Shown: positions 9,648-19,893, counted from the whole stretch's first letter. The stretch: DNA of 63,582 nt, filler included, from Bacteroidales bacterium (GCA_035389045.1; 4 parts of 4 records of this genome joined end to end with filler, not necessarily neighbours in it); one strand, 5' to 3'. Notes: generated by a model not told the origin, from the sequence alone. Program-made: numbers and translations.

Positions 9648-12600
9648 ATGAAACGAATATCAGCCTTTGCTTTTGTAAAACTCTCTCTGATCGGCTTATT
9701 TCTTATTTTGTCCAACCAGTCACAAGCTTCCTCCATATATGCCAACGGGCCAATTTCTTTTAACACTATCTGGTCGGTAGACACCGTTAAGGTTATTGGC
9801 GATATTACCGTCAACAGCAATGTAACACTTACCATTAACCCTGGGACCAGGGTGATCTTCCAGGGACATTACAAACTGAATGTCAACGGAAGACTTAATG
9901 CTGTTGGTAACATGTCGCAGACGATCAATTTTACAATCAACGACACCACCGGTTTCTCAAATATTTCTCTGAATACCGGCGGCTGGTATGGTATCCGGTT
10001 CATGAATGTCACGAGTACCGATTCCTCGAAACTCATATATTGTTCTTTCACATATGGCAAGGCCAGCGGCACCGGCGACGATGCCAATGGAGGAGCTGTT
10101 TTTGTTAATAACTTTTCCAAACTCCTGATTGCAAACTGTACGTTCGACCACAATGTCGCCAAAACAAACGGAGGCGCTATTTACCTTAAAAAATCAAATG
10201 CAAATATCAGGTTTAACTCCTTTATCAGTAACAAATGCACCAGCGGAGGGGGAATCTATATCAGTTCCGGCGCCCCCTCGATTTTCAACAATGCGTTCCT
10301 GACAAATTTTGCCAGTAATGGCGGTGGCGGGATATTCTGTACAGACACAACCCTGGCAAAAATCAACGGAAACCTCATCAGGCATAATATGGGATTGCTG
10401 GGCGGCGGCATGGGCTGTTACAATGCAAGCCCCATCTGTTTCAATAACACCCTGGTTTTTAACAAAGCCACCCATGGCGGAGGTTTGTCATGCATCAATG
10501 CCAGCCCCACTTACAAAAACAGTATTCTTTACAACAATACCGGCTCTGGCATAGGCAATCAGGTGGCACTAATGACCGACCTGTGTGATCCTAACTTCTA
10601 CTACTGTGATATCCAGGGCGGATTTGCAGCTTTCGGTATACAGGGAACCCAAACCTATACCGGACAATACCTGAATAATATGGCTGTGCTTCCTCAATTT
10701 GAAGATACCATCCAGCATAATTATCTGATTAAACAGACCTCACCCTGCATGGATGCCGGTACACCCGACACCACAGGGCTGAAACTCCTCAGTACTGATA
10801 TTGCAAAAAAACCGCGTATCAATATGGCACGTATTGATATCGGTGCATACGAACGCCAGCAGGTAGTAAGTGTCTGTGGCACCATATCACAAAATACCGT
10901 ATGGGATGCCGATACTGTGAAAGTAACCTGTAATGTTGTCATCAATAATGGCATGACATTGTCTGTGTCTCCGGGCGTTCATGTTGTATTTCAGGGATAT
11001 TATTCCATCACGGTAAACGGAAGAATTACAGCCAATGCACTACCATCCGACAGTATAGTTTTTACAGCAAAGAACACCACCACAGGCTGGGGCGGGATTA
11101 TTTTCAACAAAACGCCGGTCACTAATGACTCATCTGTGTTTTCCTTTTGCAGATTCAGTTATGCTAAAAACAATACCGGCTGGGGCGGAGTCATGAACAT
11201 CCGGAATTTTTCAAAAATCAGGGTCAGCAACTGCCTGTACAGATCCAATTACGCATACAGCGGCGGAGCAATATACGCTCATTATTCCTCGCTGCTTATT
11301 AAAAATTCTTCGTTCCGTTATAATACCGCAAATTCAGGAGCCGGAAAAGGAGGTGCAATTTTCTGTGATTCAATTTCCGGTATGAAGATAATAAACTGCC
11401 TTTTTGCCTATAACAGCAGTTACTCAGGCGGCAGCCTTTATTCACTTTTCTCGGGTCCGCTCATCAAATTATCAATGATATCAAATTCAAGCGCAAACAG
11501 CGGAGGCGGTATTACCTGCGATACATCGAATGCAAAAATCATCAATAGTATCATTGTCAATAATACAGCCACTACCGATGCCGGTGGAATATACATAAAC
11601 CGTTGCAATCCGGTTATTACTAATTCCTCTGTTTCTTACAATGACGCTATGAACGGAGGTGCTGTCCGGTTAGACCGTGGCATACCCAAATTCACCAACA
11701 CCATATTACACAGCAATGTAGCTTTCGCCACTGGAAATCAGGTATATATAAACGACACGTTAAGCATGCCCGAATTTTATTATTGCGACGTTCAGGGAGA
11801 CACTGCAGCTATGGGTAAAAACGGGTTTACTCATTTTCACGGCACCTACCAGTATAACATTGATACCATACCTGCATACACTGCTGCGCCTTCCGGATCC
11901 GGGGTTTCTTATTCAGGGATAACCGCCAACTGGTCGCTGGCGCCCTGTTCAAACCTTTTTAACAAGGGAAAAACAGACACCACGGGACTATTGCTGCCCA
12001 CAAGAGACTTCGGGGGTAATGCTCGTATTTATGCTAACCGTATCGATATCGGCGCTTATGAATTAATAAAACCTCATATCATCGTTCAGCCAACGACAAT
12101 ATTTGTTTGCGCAGGTGATACTGCCGCATTTTCAGTTTCAGTGGAATCAAGCTTTCCTCCAACATACCTCTGGCAATATTCAATATTCGGGATCATCTGG
12201 CTTACAGCCCCGGGAGACAACAACGATTCTGTTTATTATATCAATAATGTTTCCCAATCACAGGATGGCTATTATTACCGTTGTGTTGTTTCGGGAACAT
12301 GCAGTTCTGCTGAGAATTCACAGTCCGCCGTCTTAATCGTTAACCAGCCGCCAACAATCAATACTCAGCCTATTAATCAGACTATTTGTCAGAATGCCTC
12401 GGCAAGTTTTTCTGTTACTGCCAGCGGATCAAATATTCTTTACCAATGGCAGCAACAACCCCCTGCGAGCACATGGTCAAATTGTACAGGACTTACTGCA
12501 ACCCTGCCAACCTATACCATTACGAATGCATCAACCAGCCTGAACGGATATAAATTCCACTGTATTATTACCGGTGACTGTGAACCCGACACAGTCACAA

Positions 12601-13688
12601 TTGATGCTCTGCTCACCGTTAAAGCCCTTCCGGCAATTACAAGCCAACCTTCCAACCAAGGTGCATGTCAGGGACAGAATGTTACATTTAACATTGTGGC
12701 AACAGGCACAGGCATTACTTTACAGTGGGAAGAAAGCACCGATGGCGGGGCTACCTGGCATACAGCTCCTGGAGTTTCGACAACATCCTCTTATTCCGTT
12801 AACGGGATCATACCTTCCATGAATGGCTATAAATACAGATGTGTTATTTCCGGCGACTGCTCTCCTGCTGCAGTTTCAAATGTTGTTACACTCTCTGTCA
12901 ATACCAGCCCTGCAATAACCACCCACCCGCAAGATGCCAATGTATGCCTGAATTCAGACACTTCGTTCCGCGTTACCGCCACCGGCGGCAACCTCACTTA
13001 TCAGTGGGAGAAAAAAGCCCCGGCAGATACCGCATGGTCGAATGCTCCCGGCCCCACTTCCGTATCAGCAATTTATCAGATCGACAATGCGTCGATGATT
13101 GCTAATGGGACCTGGTACCGTTGCCGTGTGCAGAACACCTGCCCCCCGGCCATAACATCAGACAGTGCACAGCTTATTGTTCATTCCTTGCCTACGGTTT
13201 ATTTAGGCCCTGACACCTCAATTTATCTGTATAATGAATCCGTAGACATTGATGCCGGTAGTGGGTTCGCATCGTATGACTGGAGTACAGGCGAAAACAC
13301 ACAGACGATCACCATAGTGGGAACTGTAGCCGGTATCGGACCACACATGTATACGGTTACGGTCACTGACAACTGGGGATGCACAGCCACAGATAATATT
13401 ACGGTTACCGTCTTGGATAATACAGGCATTTCAATAACTGAATCCGAAACAAACATCCACATTTATCCCAACCCCGCCGACGACCATTTGGTTATTGATA
13501 TTAAAAACAATATCCATCCCGTAATAATAAGTATTTCCAACATTGATGGACAAGTGCTTTACTCAGGAAATATTGAAGAGAAAATCAGACAAAAGATCAT
13601 TGACATCTCTGATTTTTCAAATGGAGTTTATTTTTTGTCTGTTACCATCAATGGTAAAACATATAAAGAAAAAATTATAAAACTTTGA
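9648..13688 (+). CDS. T9SS type-A cargo with two right-handed beta-helix modules and about four Ig-like domains (adhesin-like)
   Basis: Repeated GGAI/GGGI and FxxN motifs; two closing motifs RIDIGAYE; Ig units ITxQP..C..F.V.A.G...YQW..YRC; CTD IYPNPA..GVYFL..KIIKL. Confidence 0.9.
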   Translation: MKRISAFAFVKLSLIGLFLILSNQSQASSIYANGPISFNTIWSVDTVKVIGDITVNSNVTLTINPGTRVIFQGHYKLNVNGRLNAVGNMSQTINFTINDTTGFSNISLNTGGWYGIRFMNVTSTDSSKLIYCSFTYGKASGTGDDANGGAVFVNNFSKLLIANCTFDHNVAKTNGGAIYLKKSNANIRFNSFISNKCTSGGGIYISSGAPSIFNNAFLTNFASNGGGGIFCTDTTLAKINGNLIRHNMGLLGGGMGCYNASPICFNNTLVFNKATHGGGLSCINASPTYKNSILYNNTGSGIGNQVALMTDLCDPNFYYCDIQGGFAAFGIQGTQTYTGQYLNNMAVLPQFEDTIQHNYLIKQTSPCMDAGTPDTTGLKLLSTDIAKKPRINMARIDIGAYERQQVVSVCGTISQNTVWDADTVKVTCNVVINNGMTLSVSPGVHVVFQGYYSITVNGRITANALPSDSIVFTAKNTTTGWGGIIFNKTPVTNDSSVFSFCRFSYAKNNTGWGGVMNIRNFSKIRVSNCLYRSNYAYSGGAIYAHYSSLLIKNSSFRYNTANSGAGKGGAIFCDSISGMKIINCLFAYNSSYSGGSLYSLFSGPLIKLSMISNSSANSGGGITCDTSNAKIINSIIVNNTATTDAGGIYINRCNPVITNSSVSYNDAMNGGAVRLDRGIPKFTNTILHSNVAFATGNQVYINDTLSMPEFYYCDVQGDTAAMGKNGFTHFHGTYQYNIDTIPAYTAAPSGSGVSYSGITANWSLAPCSNLFNKGKTDTTGLLLPTRDFGGNARIYANRIDIGAYELIKPHIIVQPTTIFVCAGDTAAFSVSVESSFPPTYLWQYSIFGIIWLTAPGDNNDSVYYINNVSQSQDGYYYRCVVSGTCSSAENSQSAVLIVNQPPTINTQPINQTICQNASASFSVTASGSNILYQWQQQPPASTWSNCTGLTATLPTYTITNASTSLNGYKFHCIITGDCEPDTVTIDALLTVKALPAITSQPSNQGACQGQNVTFNIVATGTGITLQWEESTDGGATWHTAPGVSTTSSYSVNGIIPSMNGYKYRCVISGDCSPAAVSNVVTLSVNTSPAITTHPQDANVCLNSDTSFRVTATGGNLTYQWEKKAPADTAWSNAPGPTSVSAIYQIDNASMIANGTWYRCRVQNTCPPAITSDSAQLIVHSLPTVYLGPDTSIYLYNESVDIDAGSGFASYDWSTGENTQTITIVGTVAGIGPHMYTVTVTDNWGCTATDNITVTVLDNTGISITESETNIHIYPNPADDHLVIDIKNNIHPVIISISNIDGQVLYSGNIEEKIRQKIIDISDFSNGVYFLSVTINGKTYKEKIIKL

Positions 13689-13805
13689 TAAGATTAACTG
13701 ATAAATAAAAAACCCAATTATTACTGTATGTTTTCCGTTTTATGTTTGATAATTGACTGTTTTGTAAAAACACAACTAATTAATTCCTGATAATTAATTT
13801 TTTCG

Positions 13806-13813
13806 TATATTTG
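13806..13813 (+). promoter_or_regulatory. Bacteroidota -7 promoter element
   Basis: TATATTTG matches TAnnTTTG, about 40 nt upstream of 13850. Confidence 0.55.
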
Positions 13814-13849
13814 CGTACTATGTAATTACTTGAAACCGACCAACAATCT

Positions 13850-14398
13850 ATGTATAAATTAACCGGCAACCTAATAATAAGCATTTTTGTTGTTGTCTTT
13901 TTTAGTTTGAGTAGCCTATCGTTTTCACAAGGCCTTAGCCAGGCACAGAAAGATTCAATACTCAATGCTTACGTCACTTTACCCAACAGTGATGTCCGGA
14001 TAGTACCACCTGCTTACTTCAAAGCATTTGCCAATGATGGAAAATTCGGATTCATGCATGAAGGAGCCGGAGCATCGATTTCTTTTCAGGAGATAAGCGG
14101 AACGCCATATCCTATCGTAGTTCAATACATGTCAAAAGAACACCTGGAAACTCAGGGTGTAAAATTCATCACTAAAGAAAATGTGCAGACCAAACAAAAA
14201 AAAGACGGGGTGATGTACCTCGTCAGTTTTCCGGTAAAAAGCAAAGACGGAAGCAAGGAACTGCAATACGAACGAATGATGCTGTTTACCGGAGATTATA
14301 ACCGTACCATCTGGATAAGCGCCAATTATCCTGTTGTGGCGCGTAAAATGCTCTTTGTCCCTTTAAAAGAAAGTTTGTTATCGGTACAATTTGATTAA
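13850..14398 (+). CDS. Small secreted hypothetical protein, paralog of 6316-6819
   Basis: Signal peptide ending SFS-Q; clear similarity to the 6316 ORF; 13 nt before the next large gene. Confidence 0.85.
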   Translation: MYKLTGNLIISIFVVVFFSLSSLSFSQGLSQAQKDSILNAYVTLPNSDVRIVPPAYFKAFANDGKFGFMHEGAGASISFQEISGTPYPIVVQYMSKEHLETQGVKFITKENVQTKQKKDGVMYLVSFPVKSKDGSKELQYERMMLFTGDYNRTIWISANYPVVARKMLFVPLKESLLSVQFD

Positions 14399-14411
14399 GC
14401 GAAAATAACTC

Positions 14412-17240
14412 ATGAAAAGATACCTGATCGTACTTTTTTGTTTGCTTCTCTCTTTCACGTTCGCGGGTAAAAGAGCGTTTTCGCAAACCCATATTGTAAC
14501 ACATAATATTGACTGGGTAACCCACGACCAGAATATGTGGGGCCCCAATGGCAGCCCGTTTACACTGAACATGGATATTGAATTGTTCGATATCAGTTTC
14601 GGCGATACAAATACGTATGGTGAAATTGTCAGCTTTTTCGGCGGGGATTTTGGAGCCGAAATAAGCATCGGTACCTGGATAGAGGCGGCTTCTGTCTTTA
14701 GTATACACGGATTCACCACAGGCTCCATTGATGCGGAGTATCCGGTAGAAATCACACTGACGTTCCCTGACAATTATACTTTTAATCCCGGACAATGGGT
14801 GACAATAAACACAGATTACACGGTTGAGCCGGGATGGGACCTTACTACGCACTTTCCGACCGCAGGTATCATCCAGCTCGATTTTTTCTTCGGATTCGGA
14901 TTAGATATTTCTGCCACCTTGTGCATCTGGGACTGTGTTACCTTTGATGTTATAAATATCAATATTCCGACAGACTCTATTAATATATTTTACCTGAATT
15001 CACAAACCGGGCAGGTATCATACCCTTGCTGGGACGGGTTTTTCTTTTCAATATGCCATGACGATATCCTTCCGATTATTATTCAGGACTGGTGGGATAT
15101 CGGTCTGACCGGGTTTATTGATATCCCGTATATCGTAACCACTGACCATTTGGGAACAGATAATTGTCTATATGCATCCGGTGAAGATCTGTGGCTTCAT
15201 CTGAACATCGATATCATACAATTGTTATCGGCAATAGCACAATTAATTCCGCCACCGGCAGGCCCTGCCATATCACAATTTCTGGGCTTGTTAAGCGGAA
15301 CTATCGACATTGGCGGAGGGGTTTCCATTGATTATGTTTTGCTATCCCTGAATTTCGGTCTTGACAGCTATATGCAACAGGATTTTACCCTATGCCCGAC
15401 TATATGGACCCGGTTTTCGTTTCCCACCTCGGTGGACTATACCGAAACCGATCCCGGTAACGGGGACTCGGTAGTTGACTCAGGATTTGATGACACCTTC
15501 GATATCCGCTGCGGAAATGACCTGAATTTTAAATATCCCTGCGACGGCTATCCTGTCTGGGATATTGGAATTCAACACTATATGACCAATGATTTTACTA
15601 ATCACACATGGGACAGCCTGGCATTTTATTTTAATATTACAGCTTTTGAATTCTGGATCAATCTTCCTTCCTTCCCGGTACTTCCCGATATCTGCGTCCC
15701 TGAATATTGTATTGATATCCCCGGTCCCTGTCCCGAAAAATCAAACGGGCCGGACACCTGCTGGCAAACCGTATGTATGCCACAGATATGCACACCACCC
15801 GTCATTTATACTCCTTCCGACCTGACCATCCATATCGGGCCTTTGTTCTCTATGACTTTTCCGCTGGGATACATTCCGATAACCTGGTATAATAACACCT
15901 GGCAGCTTGGCGGATGGCTGCCCAACCAGACAGGAATTTTTGATACCATCATGCCCTCTGAACAGATTATCCCCAATCCGCCCATGACCATGCACGCTGA
16001 GATCACCACACAGATCATCTGTTTTGGTGATACCAACGGCGTTATTACCGCCTTTGTTGAAAACGGCACTCCCCCTTACACGTATATCTGGTCGACGGGA
16101 GATTCAACAACGACAAACAGTACATCCAATTCCATTTCAAATCTCGCTTCCGGAATTTATTATGTAACTGTGTATGACTCAGGCCCGTGTTATTTCTATG
16201 ATACCGTAGAAATAAGCAATTTGGATCCACCACTGTTTATTTCGCTTGATGTTAAACATGTGACCTGCGTCACTGGTTCCGACGGTCAGCTTACTGCTCA
16301 TGTAACAGGAGGCACGCCTGGTTATACCTACGAATGGTTTCCCTTTGGAGGTTACGACTCTATTGCCAGCAATCTGCCGGCTGGAACATACTATGTTATT
16401 TCCACTGACCTGTTGGGCTGCGACATAAGCGATACGGCCACACTCATTGAACTATGGCCATTACCGGAAATTGACATTAAAGCAGAACCCGACAGCGGCT
16501 GCCAGCCACTCACCGTTCAGTTTTATGAAACCACGCCGGATTCCGGTCAGACTTATTTATGGGATTACCACGACTTAGGAATGACGGATACGGTGAAAAA
16601 TCCTATACATACGTTTAACTATGCCGGTGAGTACGATATTACGATCTATGTAACATCAAATCACGGCTGCCTCGACTCGCTGACCATCGAAGACATGATC
16701 ACCGTATTTCCCAAACCTAACGCCGACTTCCTGCCTGAGCCTGCCGAAACCGATATTCTTGAATCCTGGGTATCCTTTAACAACTTGTCTGATAATACTT
16801 TCTGGAGTTACTGGGCTCTAGGCGACGGAGAATATTCAAATGAAACAGAACCCATGCATCATTACGTTGATACGGGAAATTTCCATATAGTCCTTTATAT
16901 CGAAACAGAACATGGTTGCCGGGACACGGCTGCACATGATATTTATGTCAAAGAAAGCATTACCTTCTATGCCCCCAATGCCTTTACCCCCGATCAAAAC
17001 GGTATTAATGAGGAATTTTTTGTTAAAGGAACGGGGATAGATAACAGTACTTTTAATATGATTATTTATGACCGTTGGGGAAAACAGGTTTTTGAATCCT
17101 CCGACGTGGAGAAAGGTTGGGATGGCAAAATTAATGGCAACCTGGTTAAAGAATCTGCGGTATTTACCTGGGTGGTTACCTATAAAGACATTCTTCAGAG
17201 AAAGAAAAAACACACAGGAAGCGTATTGTTGATCAGATAA
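14412..17240 (+). CDS. T9SS type-B cargo, paralog of 6834-9635
   Basis: Shares QxMWGPNGS, FGGDFGA, TFNPGQ, MxQDFxxCPTIW, NHTWDS, NLPSFPxLPDxCxPEYCI; CTD YAPNAFTPDQNGINE..IYDRWG..GSVLLIR. Confidence 0.9.
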   Translation: MKRYLIVLFCLLLSFTFAGKRAFSQTHIVTHNIDWVTHDQNMWGPNGSPFTLNMDIELFDISFGDTNTYGEIVSFFGGDFGAEISIGTWIEAASVFSIHGFTTGSIDAEYPVEITLTFPDNYTFNPGQWVTINTDYTVEPGWDLTTHFPTAGIIQLDFFFGFGLDISATLCIWDCVTFDVININIPTDSINIFYLNSQTGQVSYPCWDGFFFSICHDDILPIIIQDWWDIGLTGFIDIPYIVTTDHLGTDNCLYASGEDLWLHLNIDIIQLLSAIAQLIPPPAGPAISQFLGLLSGTIDIGGGVSIDYVLLSLNFGLDSYMQQDFTLCPTIWTRFSFPTSVDYTETDPGNGDSVVDSGFDDTFDIRCGNDLNFKYPCDGYPVWDIGIQHYMTNDFTNHTWDSLAFYFNITAFEFWINLPSFPVLPDICVPEYCIDIPGPCPEKSNGPDTCWQTVCMPQICTPPVIYTPSDLTIHIGPLFSMTFPLGYIPITWYNNTWQLGGWLPNQTGIFDTIMPSEQIIPNPPMTMHAEITTQIICFGDTNGVITAFVENGTPPYTYIWSTGDSTTTNSTSNSISNLASGIYYVTVYDSGPCYFYDTVEISNLDPPLFISLDVKHVTCVTGSDGQLTAHVTGGTPGYTYEWFPFGGYDSIASNLPAGTYYVISTDLLGCDISDTATLIELWPLPEIDIKAEPDSGCQPLTVQFYETTPDSGQTYLWDYHDLGMTDTVKNPIHTFNYAGEYDITIYVTSNHGCLDSLTIEDMITVFPKPNADFLPEPAETDILESWVSFNNLSDNTFWSYWALGDGEYSNETEPMHHYVDTGNFHIVLYIETEHGCRDTAAHDIYVKESITFYAPNAFTPDQNGINEEFFVKGTGIDNSTFNMIIYDRWGKQVFESSDVEKGWDGKINGNLVKESAVFTWVVTYKDILQRKKKHTGSVLLIR

Positions 17241-17285
17241 TAATAATATTATTATTGAAAAATTGTCAGAGAAAACAATTGTTGC

Positions 17286-17293
17286 TATTTTTG
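17286..17293 (+). promoter_or_regulatory. Bacteroidota -7 promoter element (TTG at 17263-17265 as possible -33)
   Basis: TATTTTTG with TTG 20 nt upstream, ahead of 17364. Confidence 0.5.
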
Positions 17294-17363
17294 CCGACAT
17301 CAGTTTTTATTTTCAAATCGGTACATTTTTTGATAAGCCTGATGGTTTTGAAATTGAATTAAT

Positions 17364-17702
17364 ATGGAACAAAAAAAGAAAGTTATCATTCACTTCAATA
17401 ACATCTCATCCGAAGTTTTAGAAGCTGTCCAGAAAAAATATCCTGATGGGTATCAGGATCATATTTTTAAAGTTACAAAACCAAATGGTGATTTTTTTCA
17501 TGCAATTACCATTGACACCAAAGACGCCAGTTATCTCATCAAAGTGGATGTTAAAATTGACAATGCAACAGACGAAAAGATTGCCGAACAATTGTTTTCA
17601 AAAGACGATATCCCCGATATAGATATTAAATCATCAGGAGAAGATGAAGAGGATACTGAATCCCACGAGAAACCGCGTCCTGATGATGATGATAATTTTT
17701 AA
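17364..17702 (+). CDS. Small hypothetical protein with acidic tail
   Basis: KKVII...KKYPDGY...YLIKV N-domain resembles a conserved Bacteroidota hypothetical family (from recall); D/E-rich C-terminus. Confidence 0.8.
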   Translation: MEQKKKVIIHFNNISSEVLEAVQKKYPDGYQDHIFKVTKPNGDFFHAITIDTKDASYLIKVDVKIDNATDEKIAEQLFSKDDIPDIDIKSSGEDEEDTESHEKPRPDDDDNF

Positions 17703-17727
17703 TCCGTATTCGGACAATCCTGATAAA

Positions 17728-18294
17728 TCATTTCCCCCAACTGTAGGTATTTATTTCGAAACCTGCAAGTAACAGTAGTTTATCAATCACTGTATTAATT
17801 AATGCGTCCATGTTTTGCGGTTTTGAATAAAAGGAGGGTGAAGCCGGGCAGATGATGGCCCCCGACTGGGCGAGCAACCTGAAATTCTCGATGTGAACAA
17901 GATTATAAGGCATTTCCCTGACCAGAAGTATCAGCTTTTTGTTTTCTTTAAGCATTACATCAGCAGCCCGGGATATCAGATCATCAGCGTAACCATGAGC
18001 AATACGGCCTAACATTCCCATGCTGCAGGGGCAGATAATCATAATGTCATACTGTGAAGAACCGGAAGCAAAAGGGGCAAAAAAATCATTATTTTTATAA
18101 ACACGCCAAAAAAAGGGAATGGATTCTGCCGTCAATCCCAGTTCCAATTCACGGACTTTAATGGCATTATCAGAAAATACAAGCCCGGCATCACTAATCT
18201 GCTCCCTGACCGTTGTCAACTTCTGTAACAGTACCTCGGCGTATATAGCGCCGCTGGCGCCCGTAACACCAATCACAATTTTTTTTGCGGTCAT
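17728..18294 (-). CDS. ubiX: UbiX family flavin prenyltransferase
   Basis: KIVIGVTGASGAIYA, FFAPFASGS, PCSMGMLGRIAHG, RAADVMLKE, PASPSFY; start MTAKK at 18294 overlaps the upstream stop. Confidence 0.93.
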   Translation of the reverse strand: MTAKKIVIGVTGASGAIYAEVLLQKLTTVREQISDAGLVFSDNAIKVRELELGLTAESIPFFWRVYKNNDFFAPFASGSSQYDIMIICPCSMGMLGRIAHGYADDLISRAADVMLKENKKLILLVREMPYNLVHIENFRLLAQSGAIICPASPSFYSKPQNMDALINTVIDKLLLLAGFEINTYSWGK

Positions 18295-18902
18295 ATTTCG
18301 TAAATTGCAGATAATGTTATCGTACTGCTGAATTGCCACCTTTTTTGTATGCGCCAGTATTTTATTTCGGAACCGCGCACCGGTAGAATGGAGTTTTCAT
18401 AACGCAGGTTGGCTTTAAAGTGTTTTAGGATGTTTATCCCTAATCCGCCTATGGCGCTGAAATCAAACTTATTAAAACGGGGACGCTGAGAATCAGACAC
18501 TAAACCATACTCATCCTTTTCAATATTGATATTTTTCATCAGCACTCCCATTGCCGGACCGGTTTCAAACCAGAACCTATTGGAAAACTGCCACTTATAT
18601 AACAGGGCAAGTTCAACATAATGCAGATTCAGCTTATAAACAGAATAATCATTATTCTTTGGATGGGGGTTTTTACTGCTGCCTTTTAGTATATAATATA
18701 ACTCCAACTGTAAGGCTGACTTTTCATCAAAATGGAAGTTGGTAAATGCTCCGGCATAAGGGCCGGCTTTATTGAATCCCGAAAGCTGATCACCGGAAAT
18801 CTGCGATGCTGCAATACCGGCAAAAAATCCACCATGAAATTTTTGTGAATACGTAAAAGACATACCTGCAATGAAAAATAATAATACAAACAGTTGTCTC
18901 AT
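18291..18902 (-). CDS. Outer-membrane beta-barrel (porin-family) protein
   Basis: Start MRQLF at 18902; signal peptide ending TYS-Q; SQISGD..GFNKAG, amphipathic strands, C-terminal SAIYEI. Confidence 0.8.
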   Translation of the reverse strand: MRQLFVLLFFIAGMSFTYSQKFHGGFFAGIAASQISGDQLSGFNKAGPYAGAFTNFHFDEKSALQLELYYILKGSSKNPHPKNNDYSVYKLNLHYVELALLYKWQFSNRFWFETGPAMGVLMKNINIEKDEYGLVSDSQRPRFNKFDFSAIGGLGINILKHFKANLRYENSILPVRGSEIKYWRIQKRWQFSSTITLSAIYEI

Positions 18903-19099
18903 ATTTCTTACTTGTTTTATGCTATAAATAAATCCTTTATTTAAACTATAAAAACGGTTCACTGGATCGTGATTTGTTTTGTAAAAATAATATTTTTTTC
19001 AATAACAGCCTTTTTATGCCATTTACCATTCTCCCTGTTCCTCGCCTGGGTTTGACACTTGAACCGCCCATACCCCTCTGAAACCCTTATTCAGCAAGG

Positions 19100-19199
19100 N
19101 NNNNNNNNNNNNNNNNNNNNNNNNNNNNNNNNNNNNNNNNNNNTTAATTAATTAANNNNNNNNNNNNNNNNNNNNNNNNNNNNNNNNNNNNNNNNNNNN
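19100..19199. other. Artificial assembly linker (N44-TTAATTAATTAA-N44)
   Basis: Six-frame stop linker within N runs. Confidence 0.97.
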
Positions 19200-19302
19200 T
19201 TTTTTTCACATCAACAGTCTGCATCCCTTTAAAATCAAGCATTACAGCAATCAACAAATTTAAAGTTTTGCAGACAACTGTTTTTTTTAAAAAATTTTTT
19301 CT

Positions 19303-19337
19303 AAAAAAAACAGGCATCAAAATATCATTGATGCCTG
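19303..19337 (-). terminator. Intrinsic terminator downstream of the 30-aa ORF
   Basis: Stem CAGGCATCAA/TTGATGCCTG with 7-nt loop; A8 at 19303-19310 reads as a U-tract on the minus strand. Confidence 0.8.
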
Positions 19338-19362
19338 AAATTAAAGGTGTTTTTAAACCTTT

Positions 19363-19455
19363 TTATTTTTTCTTACTACCGCAGCAGCCTTTTTTTGCAG
19401 GTGCTTTTGCTGGTTTTTCAGTTTTGGTTTTGGTTGTTTTTTTTGCTGTTGCCAT
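19363..19455 (-). CDS. 30-aa Lys/Ala/Thr-rich basic peptide MATAKKTTKTKTEKPAKAPAKKGCCGSKKK
   Basis: Hand translation ATG 19455 to TAA 19363; AT-rich leader; strand-matched terminator 26 nt downstream; below the ORF-track cutoff. Confidence 0.7.
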   Translation of the reverse strand: MATAKKTTKTKTEKPAKAPAKKGCCGSKKK

Positions 19456-19688
19456 TGTATATAAAGTTAATTTCGATGTAAAAATACCATCAAAAAACCG
19501 CTGTTTAAAGAATGTGGCACAAAGAAATAAACATATTTATTAACACTGATTATTGTGTTTGGGCGACGGTGAAAACATATATGCAACCATGAATACCAAA
19601 AACATTACAGAAACAAATTCATATCAGTTATTAATGACCAAAAAACATGCACCTGAAAAAATATTTCAGTTGTATCAGAATTATTGAA

Positions 19689-19696
19689 TATCTTTG
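19689..19696 (+). promoter_or_regulatory. Bacteroidota -7 promoter element for the ferredoxin
   Basis: TATCTTTG(CA), 30 nt upstream of ATG 19726. Confidence 0.65.
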
Positions 19697-19725
19697 CATC
19701 AGTTTATTAACCAAAAATTATTGAC

Positions 19726-19893
19726 ATGGCTTATAAAATTTCTGACGACTGTACAGCATGTGGTACATGCATTGATGAATGTCCCGTTGAAGCTATCTCT
19801 GAAGGCGACATTTATAAAATCAATCCTGAAGTGTGCACCGATTGTGGCGCATGTGCTGATGTTTGCCCGGTGGAAGCTATTCACCCGGAATAA
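19726..19893 (+). CDS. 2[4Fe-4S] ferredoxin, 55 aa (absent from the ORF track)
   Basis: Hand translation MAYKISDDCTACGTCIDECPVEAISEGDIYKINPEVCTDCGACADVCPVEAIHPE; two CxxCxxCxxxCP motifs. Confidence 0.96.
   Translation: MAYKISDDCTACGTCIDECPVEAISEGDIYKINPEVCTDCGACADVCPVEAIHPE

Noticed and set aside
19040..19250. Possible IS end (CACATCAACAGTCTG) beside the first join
   Set aside because: Only a vague resemblance to IS terminal repeats, with no partner end or second copy in the window.
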